Origin: Eubacteriales bacterium
GTDB taxonomy: Bacteria > Bacillota > Clostridia > Oscillospirales > CAG-272
DNA length: 64,000 nucleotides
Direction: 5' to 3'
NCBI GenBank assembly: GCA_045593725.1
Contig: JAZNXE010000008.1
Span: 855-64,854, forward strand
Each line of letters begins with the position of its first letter. The first letter of the stretch is position 1. The notes under the pieces are model-generated. The model saw only the letters and a program-made list of their open reading frames with translations, did no database searches and was not told the DNA's origin. The position numbers and the translations under genes were made by a program. Of the stretch, positions 34,175-44,224 are shown piece by piece.

Positions 34175-36562
34175 ATGTATCAGGTCTTAAAAAGAGACGG
34201 CAAGGTCGTTGATTTCGACCTCGCTAAGATTGGCGACGCCATAAAGATGGCGTTTGAAGCACAGGAAAAACAGTATCATCCCTCTATAATCGACTTTCTC
34301 GCGCTGAGAGTTACCGCGGATTTCGAGCCTAAAATAAAGGAAGGTCTTATCGCCGTTGAGGACGTTCAGGACAGCGTTGAGTCTGTTCTCGTTCAGGCAG
34401 GCTACGCAGACGTAGCAAAGGCTTACATCCTTTACCGTAAGCAGAGAGAAAAGCTCCGTAATATGAAATCTACTATCCTTGACTATAAGGATATCGTTGA
34501 CAGCTACGTAAAAAACACCGACTGGCGTGTTAAGGAGAACTCTACCGTTACCTACTCGGTAGGCGGTCTTATACTCAGCAACTCGGGCGCCATTACGGCT
34601 AACTACTGGCTCTCCGAGGTTTACGACGACGAGATAGCTAACGCTCACCGCAACGCCGACATTCACATTCACGACCTCTCTATGCTCACAGGCTACTGTG
34701 CGGGTTGGTCATTAAAGCAGCTTATTCAGGAGGGTCTTGGCGGCGTTACAGGTAAAATAACATCCGCTCCCGCAAGCCACCTGGCAACTCTCTGCAACCA
34801 GATGGTCAACTTCCTTGGAATTATGCAGAATGAGTGGGCAGGCGCGCAGGCGTTCTCCTCCTTTGATACATATCTCGCGCCCTTTGTAAAGGTTGACAAT
34901 CTTTCCTATGATCAGGTAAAGAAGTGCATCGAATCCTTTATTTTTGGTGTAAACACTCCCTCTCGTTGGGGTACTCAGGCTCCCTTCTCCAACATCACTC
35001 TTGACTGGACCGTTCCCGCTGACCTTGCGGAGCTTAACGCTATCGTTGGCGGCAAGGAAATGGACTTCAAGTACAAGGATTGTAAGAAGGAAATGGATAT
35101 GGTCAACAAGGCGTTCATCGAAACTATGATTGAGGGTGACGCCAACGGAAGAGGCTTCCAGTATCCTATTCCCACCTACTCTATCACCAGCGACTTTGAC
35201 TGGTCCGACACCGAAAACAACCGTCTTCTCTTCGAGATGACTTCTAAATACGGTACTCCTTACTTCTCTAACTATATCAACAGCGATATGGAGCCCAGCG
35301 ACGTAAGAAGTATGTGCTGCCGTCTGCGTCTTGACCTCCGTGAGCTTCGTAAGAAGTCGGGCGGATTCTTCGGAAGCGGTGAGAGCACCGGTTCTATCGG
35401 TGTTGTAACCATCAATATGCCCAGAATTGCTTACCTCGCTGAAAACGAGGAGGACTTCTACGCGCGTCTTGACCACAAGCTTGACGTTGCGGCTCGCTCG
35501 CTCAAGATAAAGCGTACGGTTATTACAAAGCTTCTTGACGAGGGACTTTACCCCTACACCAAGAGATATCTCGGAACTTTCGAGAACCACTTCTCTACTA
35601 TCGGTCTTGTTGGTATGAATGAGGCTTGTCTTAATGCTAAGTGGGTCGGAAAGAACCTTGGTAGCGACGAGGCTCAGAAGTTCACTAAGGAGGTTCTCAA
35701 TCACATGAGAGAGCGTCTCTCCGACTATCAGGAGAAGTACGGCGACCTCTATAACCTTGAGGCTACTCCCGCTGAGTCCACCTCTTACCGTCTTGCAAAG
35801 CATGATGTCAAGCGTTTCCCCGATATCATTACCGCTACCGAAAAGGGCAAGACTCCCTACTACACCAACTCCTCTCACCTTCCCGTTGGATACACCGACG
35901 ATATATTTGAGGCACTTGACCTTCAGGACGAGCTCCACACTCTTTACACGTCTGGAACTGTATTCCACGCTTATATGGGTGAGAAGCTTCCCGACTGGAA
36001 GGCTGCGGCAAATCTCGTAAGAAAGATTGCAGAGAACTATAAGCTCCCCTACTACTCCATGTCACCTACATACTCTGTATGTAAGGCGCACGGATATATC
36101 GTAGGTGAAAAGTTCACCTGCCCCTTCTGTGGTGAAAAAACCGAGGTTTACAGCCGTATTACAGGTTATTACCGTCCCGTTCAGAACTGGAACGACGGTA
36201 AGGCTGAGGAATATAAGAACCGTAAGCTCTACAATATTTCCAATTCTGTCGCAAAGCGTAATTTTGACGTTGCAAAGGAATCCGAGGCTGCTGACGCTTG
36301 TACAAGCTGTGTAGATACCTACGCCGTAAGCAATATCACTCTCTTTGCTACCACCACCTGTCCCAACTGCAAGATGGCTGAGAAGTTCCTTAATGATGCG
36401 GGCGTTCCCTTCGTAAAGGTATATGCGGATCAGGACCCCGATGCGGCTAAGAAGTACGCTATAACGGCAGCTCCTACCCTTGTTATTGAGGGCGAGAACG
36501 GATTTGAAAAGGTTATGAACGTTTCCAATATCCGTAAGTTTGCTGAAAACTTCAAGAAATAA
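34175..36562 (+). CDS. nrdD: Anaerobic (class III) ribonucleoside-triphosphate reductase with a C-terminal fused thioredoxin/glutaredoxin-like domain
   Basis: MYQVLKRDGKVVDFD (ATP-cone) with AGGAGG upstream. Zn-ribbon C..C..CPFC, glycyl-radical motif SRITGYYRPV, then a roughly 85-aa Trx fold with CPNC and a cis-Pro-like APT. The track start at 34094 is rejected. Confidence 0.9.
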   Translation: MYQVLKRDGKVVDFDLAKIGDAIKMAFEAQEKQYHPSIIDFLALRVTADFEPKIKEGLIAVEDVQDSVESVLVQAGYADVAKAYILYRKQREKLRNMKSTILDYKDIVDSYVKNTDWRVKENSTVTYSVGGLILSNSGAITANYWLSEVYDDEIANAHRNADIHIHDLSMLTGYCAGWSLKQLIQEGLGGVTGKITSAPASHLATLCNQMVNFLGIMQNEWAGAQAFSSFDTYLAPFVKVDNLSYDQVKKCIESFIFGVNTPSRWGTQAPFSNITLDWTVPADLAELNAIVGGKEMDFKYKDCKKEMDMVNKAFIETMIEGDANGRGFQYPIPTYSITSDFDWSDTENNRLLFEMTSKYGTPYFSNYINSDMEPSDVRSMCCRLRLDLRELRKKSGGFFGSGESTGSIGVVTINMPRIAYLAENEEDFYARLDHKLDVAARSLKIKRTVITKLLDEGLYPYTKRYLGTFENHFSTIGLVGMNEACLNAKWVGKNLGSDEAQKFTKEVLNHMRERLSDYQEKYGDLYNLEATPAESTSYRLAKHDVKRFPDIITATEKGKTPYYTNSSHLPVGYTDDIFEALDLQDELHTLYTSGTVFHAYMGEKLPDWKAAANLVRKIAENYKLPYYSMSPTYSVCKAHGYIVGEKFTCPFCGEKTEVYSRITGYYRPVQNWNDGKAEEYKNRKLYNISNSVAKRNFDVAKESEAADACTSCVDTYAVSNITLFATTTCPNCKMAEKFLNDAGVPFVKVYADQDPDAAKKYAITAAPTLVIEGENGFEKVMNVSNIRKFAENFKK

Positions 36563-36589
36563 GCTATTGCTCTCTAAGATTTGATCTGC

Positions 36590-36645
36590 GGTGAGCATTT
36601 GGAACGGCGACATTCTCCAAGTACAAATGCTCACCCACATTTTTG
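36590..36645 (+). terminator. Long-loop hairpin plus T-tract between nrdD and trxB (candidate partial terminator)
   Basis: 12-bp stem GGTGAGCATTTG/CAAATGCTCACC with a 22-nt loop, then CACATTTTTG. Confidence 0.5.
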
Positions 36646-36666
36646 TTAAATAAGAAAGGCTATACT

Positions 36667-37587
36667 ATGCACGACATTATTGTAATCGGAGCAGGTCCCG
36701 CGGGAATGACCGCGGCGCTCTATGCGCTTCGCGCTGATAAAAGCGTTCTTCTTTTGGAGAAAGAAAACTTCGGAGGTCAGATCACCTATTCCCCCCGTCT
36801 TGAAAACTATCCTTCAATAATCGAAATAAGCGGAAGCCAATTTGCCGAAAAGCTGCTTGAGCAGGTAATGACCCACGGCGCGGACATTGAATTGGCTCAG
36901 GCAACAGAAATAAAGGATATGGGCACTCACAAGGTAGTATCCACCGAATACGGCGATTTTGAAGGCAAGGCTGTAATTATCGCTACCGGCTCTAAGCACC
37001 GCCACCTCGGTCTTGAGGGAGAGGAGGAGCTTATCGGTTCGGGTATATCCTTTTGCGCAGTATGTGACGGTTCATTTTTCGCGGATAAGAGCGTTGCTGT
37101 TATAGGCGGCGGAAATACCGCTTTACAGGAAGCTGTAATGCTGTCCGACATCTGCAAAAAAGTAACTATGATACAGAATTTATCCTTTATGACCGGTGAA
37201 AAGAAACTTTTAGCTATACTTGAGGGCAAGGAAAACGTTGAAATGATTTTTGATACCGTTGTTACCGACCTTAAGAGCAAGGACGGCGAGCTTTGCGGAA
37301 TTACCGTCAAGAATACAAAAACCGAGGAAGTCTCCTCTCTGGATTTTGACGGAATGTTCGTAGCTATCGGACAGGCTCCCGAAAATGAGGATTTCAGAAG
37401 CGTTACCGCTCTTGACGACTACGGTTACATTGTATCAGATGAAAATTGTCTTACCGATACAGAGGGCGTTTTCGTTGCGGGTGACTGCAGAACAAAGAGA
37501 ATCCGGCAGGTAACCACCGCTGCCGCTGACGGCGCTGTTGCCGCTCTTGCCGCTTGTAGGTACATCGACGGTCTTTGTGCAAAATAA
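36667..37587 (+). CDS. trxB: Thioredoxin-disulfide reductase
   Basis: MHDIIVIGAGPAGMTAA (FAD GxGxxG), redox-active CAVCDG, and NADPH motif GGGNTA. Confidence 0.9.
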   Translation: MHDIIVIGAGPAGMTAALYALRADKSVLLLEKENFGGQITYSPRLENYPSIIEISGSQFAEKLLEQVMTHGADIELAQATEIKDMGTHKVVSTEYGDFEGKAVIIATGSKHRHLGLEGEEELIGSGISFCAVCDGSFFADKSVAVIGGGNTALQEAVMLSDICKKVTMIQNLSFMTGEKKLLAILEGKENVEMIFDTVVTDLKSKDGELCGITVKNTKTEEVSSLDFDGMFVAIGQAPENEDFRSVTALDDYGYIVSDENCLTDTEGVFVAGDCRTKRIRQVTTAAADGAVAALAACRYIDGLCAK

Positions 37588-37610
37588 TTTTTAATTTTTT
37601 GCATTTTCTA

Positions 37611-37639
37611 TTGAAAAATTGTGAAAAATGTATTAAAAT
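37611..37639 (+). promoter_or_regulatory. Sigma-A promoter of the DUF1846 gene
   Basis: TTGAAA (37611-37616), 17-nt spacer, TAAAAT (37634-37639). Confidence 0.5.
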
Positions 37640-37670
37640 ATAAGGGTAGTTTTTTATGCGAGGTCAGGTT

Positions 37671-39155
37671 ATGAGCGTTATTGGTTTTGACAACGAAAAA
37701 TACATAAAGCTTCAGTCCGAGAAGATACAGGAGAGAATCTCCAGCTTTGGCGGCAAGCTCTATCTGGAGTTTGGCGGCAAGCTTTTTGACGACTATCACG
37801 CCTCTCGCGTGCTCCCAGGCTTTTGCCCTGACAGCAAGATAAAAATGCTTCTCAATATGAAGGATGATGCAGAGGTTATAATAGTTGTATCCGCAAGCTC
37901 AATAGAGCAGAACAAGATACGCGGCGACCTTGGAATATCCTACGATATGGATACCCTGCGTCTTATTGACGCATTTAACGCTATCGACCTCTACGTTGGC
38001 GGTGTTGTAATTACTCAATATACTCGCCAGCCATCTGTTGATTTGTTTATTAAGCGCCTTGAAAATCTGGGCATCCGAGTTTATAAGCATTATCCCATTG
38101 AGGGATATCCCTCAAATCTCCGCAAGATAGTGAGCGACGAGGGATACGGTCAAAACGAATATATCGAAACTACCCATTCCCTTGTGGTCATAACCGCTCC
38201 GGGTCCCGGAAGCGGAAAAATGGCAACCTGTCTGTCACAGCTTTATCACGACCATAAGCGCGGAATAAAGGCGGGATATGCCAAGTTTGAAACCTTCCCC
38301 GTTTGGAATCTGCCTCTCCGTCACCCTGTAAATATGGCGTATGAGGCTGCTACCGTTGACCTCAACGACGTAAATATGATAGACCCTTATCATCTTGAGG
38401 CTACGGGAACTACCACTGTAAATTACAACCGCGATATTGAAATATTCCCCGTTCTCCGAGCTATATTCGAAAAGATATACGGTGAGTGTCCCTATAAATC
38501 GCCCACGGATATGGGTGTAAATATGGCGGGATACTGCATAACCGACGATGAGGCGGTATGCTACGCTTCAAAAATGGAGATAGTACGCCGCTACTATGAC
38601 ACTCTTGTCAGAAAGAGAAACGGAACTGCCGATGCGGATGAGGTTTATAAAGCCGAGTTGATTATGAACCAGGTGGGTATTGACCCCTCATTCAGAAAGG
38701 TCGTTACCCCTGCCCTCGAAAAGGCAGAAAAAACAGGAGAGCCTGCTGCAGCTATCGAGCTTGCGGACGGAACTATCGTTACGGGTAAGACATCAAAGCT
38801 GATGGGCGCTTCCGCTTCTGCGTTACTCAACGCATTAAAGAAGCTTGGTGATATCGATGATGAATATCTGTTGCTTCCAGTTTCTGTAATCGAGCCTATC
38901 CAGAAGCTGAAGATAGAAAATCTTGGCAACCACAACCCCAGACTTCACGCGGATGAAATTCTTATTGCTCTTGCAATATCGGCTACCACCTGCCCTGTTG
39001 CGGCAAAGGCTATGGAACAGCTTCCTAAGCTCAAAGGATGTCAGGCTCATATAAGCGTTATCGTTTCAAGTGTTGACAGCAACGTATATAAAAAGCTTGG
39101 ACTTAACGTTACTTTTGAGCCTGTTTACGCTACTAAAAAGCTTTATCACAAATAA
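37671..39155 (+). CDS. UPF0371/DUF1846-family protein (conserved, function unknown)
   Basis: MSVIGFDNEKYIKLQSEKIQERISSFGGKLYLEFGGKLFDDYHASRVLPGF is the characteristic N-terminus of this family. GAGGT lies 6 nt upstream of ATG 37671. Confidence 0.8.
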   Translation: MSVIGFDNEKYIKLQSEKIQERISSFGGKLYLEFGGKLFDDYHASRVLPGFCPDSKIKMLLNMKDDAEVIIVVSASSIEQNKIRGDLGISYDMDTLRLIDAFNAIDLYVGGVVITQYTRQPSVDLFIKRLENLGIRVYKHYPIEGYPSNLRKIVSDEGYGQNEYIETTHSLVVITAPGPGSGKMATCLSQLYHDHKRGIKAGYAKFETFPVWNLPLRHPVNMAYEAATVDLNDVNMIDPYHLEATGTTTVNYNRDIEIFPVLRAIFEKIYGECPYKSPTDMGVNMAGYCITDDEAVCYASKMEIVRRYYDTLVRKRNGTADADEVYKAELIMNQVGIDPSFRKVVTPALEKAEKTGEPAAAIELADGTIVTGKTSKLMGASASALLNALKKLGDIDDEYLLLPVSVIEPIQKLKIENLGNHNPRLHADEILIALAISATTCPVAAKAMEQLPKLKGCQAHISVIVSSVDSNVYKKLGLNVTFEPVYATKKLYHK

Positions 39156-39192
39156 CAAAAAATCCTATGACCGAGGTCATAGGATTTTTTGT
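39155..39192. terminator. Bidirectional rho-independent terminator (DUF1846 gene / kdgK)
   Basis: AAAAAATCCTATGACC-GAG-GTCATAGGATTTTTT. Confidence 0.9.
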
Positions 39193-39200
39193 TATCTTAT

Positions 39201-40223
39201 TTATCTTTGAACTCTACCCGAGCCGTCGCCGCCCGCAAGCTTCTCGACCTCGGAAACGCTTACTCTGTTATAGTCGCCTTCAACACTGTGCTTAAGTGCC
39301 GAAGCAGCTACCGCAAATTCAATGGCCGCCTGAGTATCCTTGCCGCTGAGAAGCGAATAGATAAGTCCGCCGCCAAAGCTGTCGCCACCGCCTACACGGT
39401 CAACTATGTGCAGATGATAAGACTTGGAGAAGCAATAGTTCTCACCGTCGTAAAGCATACCTGCCCAGTCGTTATCACTTGCGGAAATAGAAGAACGAAG
39501 AGTGATAGCAACCTTTTCAAATCCGAACTTGTCCGCAAGCTGCTTTGCTACCGACTTATATCCCTCGTGATTAAGCTTACCGCCGTAAATATCGGTGTTC
39601 TCTGCTTCGATACCGAACACGTCCTTTGCATCCTCCTCGTTGGAAATGCAAACGTCAACGTACTCGCAGAGCTTCGTCATAGCCTCCCTTGCCTCTGCTC
39701 TTGTCCAGAGCTTACCGCGGTAATTAAGGTCACAGGATATCTTTACTCCCTTTGCCTTTGCCGCTTTACAAGCTGCAAGGCAAATTTCCACCATATTTCC
39801 GCCAAGCGCGGGGGTAATTCCCGTAAAGTGGAACCAGTCCGCACCATCAAAAATGCTATCCCAGTCAAAATCCTCAGGCTTTGCCTCTGCTATCGCCGAA
39901 TGAGCGCGGTCGTAGATACAAACACTGCCTCTTTGGGAAGCACCCTTTTCAAGATAGTAAATACCTACTCTATCGCCGCCTCTGACTATCTTCGTTGTAT
40001 CAACGCCAAAATAGCGGAGAGAATCTACCGCCGCCTGACCGATAGCATGCTTGGGAAGCTTGGTAACATAGACGCTTTCCATGCCGTAATTAGCAAGGGA
40101 AACAGCCACGTTAGCCTCTCCTCCTCCAAATGTAGCCTGCATCTGGTCATTCTGGAAAAACCTATAATATCCGTTGGGCGCGAGTCTGAGCATCAGCTCT
40201 CCAAATGTAACTATCTTTGCCAT
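39201..40223 (-). CDS. kdgK: 2-dehydro-3-deoxygluconokinase (PfkB family)
   Basis: 340 aa. MAKIVTFGELMLRL.., GGGEANVAVSLA, C-terminal DRVGGGDSF. Sits in the hexuronate operon. Confidence 0.88.
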   Translation of the reverse strand: MAKIVTFGELMLRLAPNGYYRFFQNDQMQATFGGGEANVAVSLANYGMESVYVTKLPKHAIGQAAVDSLRYFGVDTTKIVRGGDRVGIYYLEKGASQRGSVCIYDRAHSAIAEAKPEDFDWDSIFDGADWFHFTGITPALGGNMVEICLAACKAAKAKGVKISCDLNYRGKLWTRAEAREAMTKLCEYVDVCISNEEDAKDVFGIEAENTDIYGGKLNHEGYKSVAKQLADKFGFEKVAITLRSSISASDNDWAGMLYDGENYCFSKSYHLHIVDRVGGGDSFGGGLIYSLLSGKDTQAAIEFAVAASALKHSVEGDYNRVSVSEVEKLAGGDGSGRVQR

Positions 40224-40224
40224 A

Positions 40225-40779
40225 TTATTTACCCTCCATTTTTTCTAATGACTCTTTGACAAAGAAGCTTCCGCCGATGGCGGCTATCTTGTCAAACGCC
40301 AAAAATTCGTCTATATTGCTTCTGTCAACTCCCCCCGTAGGAATGAACTTAAGTTGCGGAAAGGGAGCGGAAAGAGCCTTAAGTGCCTTAAGTCCGCCGT
40401 AAATGTTAGCGGGAAAGAATTTAACTGTGGTTATACCAAGCTCGAGCGCTGCCATTATTTCGGTAGGCGTTACGCAACCCGGATAATATGGAACACCTCT
40501 CTCGTTGCATATTTTTGCAACAGCGGGAGAAAGTCCGGGAGAAACTATAAAGGTCGCTCCTGCCTTAAGCGCCGCTTCACACTGCTCCGCGTTAATAACA
40601 GTACCGGCTCCTATCTCCATATCGGGATAGTTCTTTGCCGCGTACTCAATAGCCTCAGCTGCGCAAGCCGTGCGGAATGTTATTTCGGCACAGTTTATAC
40701 CGTTATTTTTTAGCGCGGTGAGTATCTTGTCGGTCTCTCCAAGCTCCTTAATTACAACTACTGGTATGAATTTTTCCAT
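40225..40779 (-). CDS. eda: KDPG/KHG aldolase
   Basis: 184 aa. IPVVVI, EITFRT, GAGTV, and Schiff-base Lys region VKFFPA. Confidence 0.85.
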   Translation of the reverse strand: MEKFIPVVVIKELGETDKILTALKNNGINCAEITFRTACAAEAIEYAAKNYPDMEIGAGTVINAEQCEAALKAGATFIVSPGLSPAVAKICNERGVPYYPGCVTPTEIMAALELGITTVKFFPANIYGGLKALKALSAPFPQLKFIPTGGVDRSNIDEFLAFDKIAAIGGSFFVKESLEKMEGK

Positions 40780-40798
40780 TTTTTATTTCCTCCTTAAA

Positions 40799-41644
40799 TT
40801 ATACACCTGAATATGCGGCAAAGCCACAGTCTATTGGCAGCACCACGCCTGTGATAGCGGACGCTGAACGGTCATCACACAAAAAGAGCGTTGCGCCGAG
40901 AAGCTCGGATGAGTCAACGAATCTGTCCATAGGAGTTCCCTTGAGTATCTTTGCGCTTCTCGCCGTGGGTGTTCCGTCCTCGTTAAACAGAAGCTTATAG
41001 TTCTGTGCCGAAACCAAGAAGCCGGGAGCGATTGCGTTACATCTGATACCCGTTCCCGCAAAGTGAGTTGCCAACCATTGGGTAAAGTTGGATATTCCCG
41101 CCTTTGCCGCTGAGTATGCGGGAATTTTTGTCAGAGGTGTGTACGCATTCATTGAAGATATATTAAGAATATTTCCTGCTTTTTTACCTACCATATCCTT
41201 TGCAAACACCTGCGTGGGAATAAGCGTTCCCTGAAAATTGAGCTTGAACACGAAATCAACGCCCGAAGCATCAAGGTCAAAGAATGATTTTCCGCCCTCC
41301 TTCAGCTCATGCTGATATTCATTATCTGTTGTGGCTTTAGGGTTATTCCCCCCCGCTCCGTTTACGAGGATGTCACATTCACCAAGCTCTGCCTTAACTG
41401 CCTTATGCACCTCTTCAAGCGTCTGGGCATCAAGCACGTTTGCCTTGTATCCGTTGCACACAAAGCCCTCTGCTCTAAGCTCCTCGGCAAGCTTTTTCAC
41501 TGCTTCTTCATTAAGGTCAAGTGCCGCTACCTTTGCGCCCGATTGAGCAAACGCGCGAGCCATTGCGCCGCAAATGACTCCTCCCGCGCCCGTAACGACT
41601 ACCACCTTTCCCTTGTAATCCACGTTAAGAGGAAGTTGTATCAT
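40799..41644 (-). CDS. uxuB: SDR-family oxidoreductase, probably D-mannonate oxidoreductase (YjmF/UxuB type)
   Basis: TGAGGVICG cofactor motif and catalytic YSAAK. Lies between uxuA and eda. ATG 41644 is preceded by GGAGGT (the track start TTG 41656 overlaps that RBS). Confidence 0.7.
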   Translation of the reverse strand: MIQLPLNVDYKGKVVVVTGAGGVICGAMARAFAQSGAKVAALDLNEEAVKKLAEELRAEGFVCNGYKANVLDAQTLEEVHKAVKAELGECDILVNGAGGNNPKATTDNEYQHELKEGGKSFFDLDASGVDFVFKLNFQGTLIPTQVFAKDMVGKKAGNILNISSMNAYTPLTKIPAYSAAKAGISNFTQWLATHFAGTGIRCNAIAPGFLVSAQNYKLLFNEDGTPTARSAKILKGTPMDRFVDSSELLGATLFLCDDRSASAITGVVLPIDCGFAAYSGV

Positions 41645-41658
41645 TAGTACCTCCAAAA

Positions 41659-42741
41659 TTATTTATTATCAAGCTTTTCTAACATATCCCATACACCAAG
41701 CATATACATTATGCCAAGTGCTCTGTCGTAAAGTCCGTAACCGGGACGCACGTTGCCGGGGCCCTCATCCCACAAGTGTCTGCCGTGGTCGGGACGGATA
41801 TATCCCTTATATCCCGCGTCGTGATAAGCCTTGATTATATCAAGGATGCCCGTATCTCCGTCACAATCTCTATGACTTGCTTCGGAAAAATCTCCGTTTT
41901 CAAAGTGCTTTACGTTCCTTATATGAGCAAATGCTATTCTGTCGCAATGCTTACGAACTATATCAGCTACGTTATTCTCAGGGTCGGCGTTAAGGCTTCC
42001 CGAGCAAAGAGTCAGGCAGTTATACTCGTCGTCAACCATCTTCAGGAATCGGTCTATACTCTCCTCGTTTACAAGCAGACGGGGCAGTCCAAATATATCC
42101 CATGGAGGGTCGTCCATGTGTATAGCCATCTTGATATCGCACTCACGGCAGGTGGGCATTATAGCCTCAAGAAAATATTTGAGATTTTCCCAAAGCTTCT
42201 CGTGGTCAACACCCTCGTACGCCTTGAAGAGGTCATCAAGCTTTGCCATGCGCTCAGGCTCCCATCCCGGAAAGGACATATTGTATTTCTCGGTGAAATC
42301 GAGAATATACTTTGCCATAGCGTTGTAATCATCCTGAATCATATTCTTCTCGTAAAAGAGCGCGGTAGAGCCGTCCCCTACGGGATGAAACAGATTACTT
42401 CTTGTCCAGTCAAATACAGGCATAAAATTATAGCAAATTACCTTTACGCCGAATTTTGAAAGGTTGCGGATGCACTGCTTGTAATTTTCAATATACTTAT
42501 CTCTGGTGGGAAGTCCTATTTTGATATCGTCGTGTACGTTTACAGACTCAACCACATCCATATTGAAGCCGTATTCGTCAAGCTGACGCTTTACCTCGGC
42601 TATTTCATCTATCTCCCAAACCTCACCGGGCATTTTGTGATGCAACGCCCACACTATGCCATCTACTCCGGGTATCTGCTTGATGTCGGAGAGCTTTATT
42701 TTATCGTTTCCCTCTCCGTACCATCTAAAGCACATTTTCAT
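41659..42741 (-). CDS. uxuA: Mannonate dehydratase
   Basis: MKMCFRWYGEGNDKIKLSDIKQIPGV is typical of UxuA. AGGAGG lies 8 nt upstream of ATG 42741. Confidence 0.88.
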   Translation of the reverse strand: MKMCFRWYGEGNDKIKLSDIKQIPGVDGIVWALHHKMPGEVWEIDEIAEVKRQLDEYGFNMDVVESVNVHDDIKIGLPTRDKYIENYKQCIRNLSKFGVKVICYNFMPVFDWTRSNLFHPVGDGSTALFYEKNMIQDDYNAMAKYILDFTEKYNMSFPGWEPERMAKLDDLFKAYEGVDHEKLWENLKYFLEAIMPTCRECDIKMAIHMDDPPWDIFGLPRLLVNEESIDRFLKMVDDEYNCLTLCSGSLNADPENNVADIVRKHCDRIAFAHIRNVKHFENGDFSEASHRDCDGDTGILDIIKAYHDAGYKGYIRPDHGRHLWDEGPGNVRPGYGLYDRALGIMYMLGVWDMLEKLDNK

Positions 42742-42760
42742 AGGCTTATCCTCCTGAACA

Positions 42761-44161
42761 TCAGATATTGAAATATCTCTCGGCATTGTTATAGCATATA
42801 TCGCTTACTATCTTGCCGAGCGTTTCCTCGTCGTCAGGATATTCTCCATTGTCAACCCACTCACCTATAAGCTGGCAGAGTATTCTGCGGAAATACTCAT
42901 GTCGTGTATAGCTCAAGAAGCTACGTGAGTCTGTGAGCATTCCTACAAAATTACCAAGCAAGGAAAGGTTTGCAAGGCTTATAAGCTGGTCTCTCATTCC
43001 CTGCTTATTGTCGTTGAACCACCAAGCGCTTCCGTGCTGTATCTTTCCTGCGACCTCTGTTCCCTGAAAAGCGCCAAGAAGAGTATCTATAAACTGGTTG
43101 TCCGTGGGGTCAAGGCTGTATATTATGGTTTTGGGAAGAACTCCGTCTCTGTTGAGCCTGTCCATAAGCAGCGTAAACTTAAAGCAATCGTTGCTGGGGC
43201 CTATAACGTCGAATCCCGTGTCAGGTCCAAGCTTCTGGAACATTACAGAGTTAGGGTTTCTTATGCAGTTATAATGTAGCTGCATTACCCATCCGTGCTT
43301 TTTGTATTCCTCTGCGCAGAATATAAGCAATTCGGTCTTAAAGGCTTCGGTTTCGGCGTCACTCGCCACGCCTCCGTCAAGCACCTTACACATTACCGCA
43401 TCAAGGTCTATATCCTCGTCTGCATTATAAACTATTCTATCAAGTCCGTGGTCACTGGCTTTACATCCGTGGGCATCAAAGAAGTCAACTCTTGCCGCGA
43501 GCGCCTTCTTAAGACTGTCAACACTGTTGATATCAAATCCCGCAACCTCAGAGAGTGCTTTTATGTATTCCTTCCAGCCCTTCTTATCTATGTTGATAGA
43601 CTTATCGGGTCGGAATGAGGGAGCGACAATTGTATCTATACTGCTGTCCTCTGCGATAAGCTTATGATACTCAAGAGTATCCACAGGGTCGTCAGTTGTG
43701 CCTATAAATTTCACGTTGCTCTGCTTGATTATATCCCGTACTCCAAGGTCACCCTTCTTAAGTCTTTCCTCGCAAAGCTTCCATACCTCATCGGCGGTCT
43801 TCTCGTTAAGAACTCCCTCGTATCCGAAGTAATTCTTAAGCTCAAGGTGACACCAATGGTACATAGGATTTCCAATAGCCTTGGGGAGTGTCTGCGCGAA
43901 TTTTACAAACTTTTCATAATCGGACGCGCCGCCAGTAATATAATACTCATCTACACCGTTGGAACGCATAAGTCTCCATTTGTAGTGATCTCCAGCCAAC
44001 CACACCTCGGTTATGTTTGAAAAATGAGTATTCTCATATATCTGCTTTGGCGGAACGTGGCAGTGGTAATCGATTATGGGCATATCCTTAGCGTACCCGA
44101 AGTAAAGCTTCCTTGCAACCTCTGTGCTTAAAAGAAAATTGTCGTTTAAAAATCCTGACAT
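42761..44161 (-). CDS. uxaC: Glucuronate isomerase
   Basis: MSGFLNDNFLLSTEVARKLYFGYAKDMPIIDYHCH is the UxaC signature. GGAGGA lies 7 nt upstream of ATG 44161. Confidence 0.9.
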   Translation of the reverse strand: MSGFLNDNFLLSTEVARKLYFGYAKDMPIIDYHCHVPPKQIYENTHFSNITEVWLAGDHYKWRLMRSNGVDEYYITGGASDYEKFVKFAQTLPKAIGNPMYHWCHLELKNYFGYEGVLNEKTADEVWKLCEERLKKGDLGVRDIIKQSNVKFIGTTDDPVDTLEYHKLIAEDSSIDTIVAPSFRPDKSINIDKKGWKEYIKALSEVAGFDINSVDSLKKALAARVDFFDAHGCKASDHGLDRIVYNADEDIDLDAVMCKVLDGGVASDAETEAFKTELLIFCAEEYKKHGWVMQLHYNCIRNPNSVMFQKLGPDTGFDVIGPSNDCFKFTLLMDRLNRDGVLPKTIIYSLDPTDNQFIDTLLGAFQGTEVAGKIQHGSAWWFNDNKQGMRDQLISLANLSLLGNFVGMLTDSRSFLSYTRHEYFRRILCQLIGEWVDNGEYPDDEETLGKIVSDICYNNAERYFNI

Positions 44162-44195
44162 TATCTTATCCTCCATTTAGGTTCTTTCTTTATTT

Positions 44196-44224
44196 ATTAT
44201 ATCACATCTTATATCTGTTTTCAA
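44196..44224 (-). promoter_or_regulatory. Sigma-A promoter of the uxaC-uxuA-uxuB-eda-kdgK operon
   Basis: The minus strand reads TTGAAA (44224-44219), 17-nt spacer, TGaTATAAT (-10 at 44201-44196). Confidence 0.6.

Noticed and set aside
34712-35968. 418-aa ORF on the minus strand inside nrdD
   Set aside because: It is antisense to a gene with unmistakable class III RNR motifs. The translated sequence is low-complexity (rich in V/L/S/G) with no RBS or recognisable motif. This is typical shadow-ORF behaviour.
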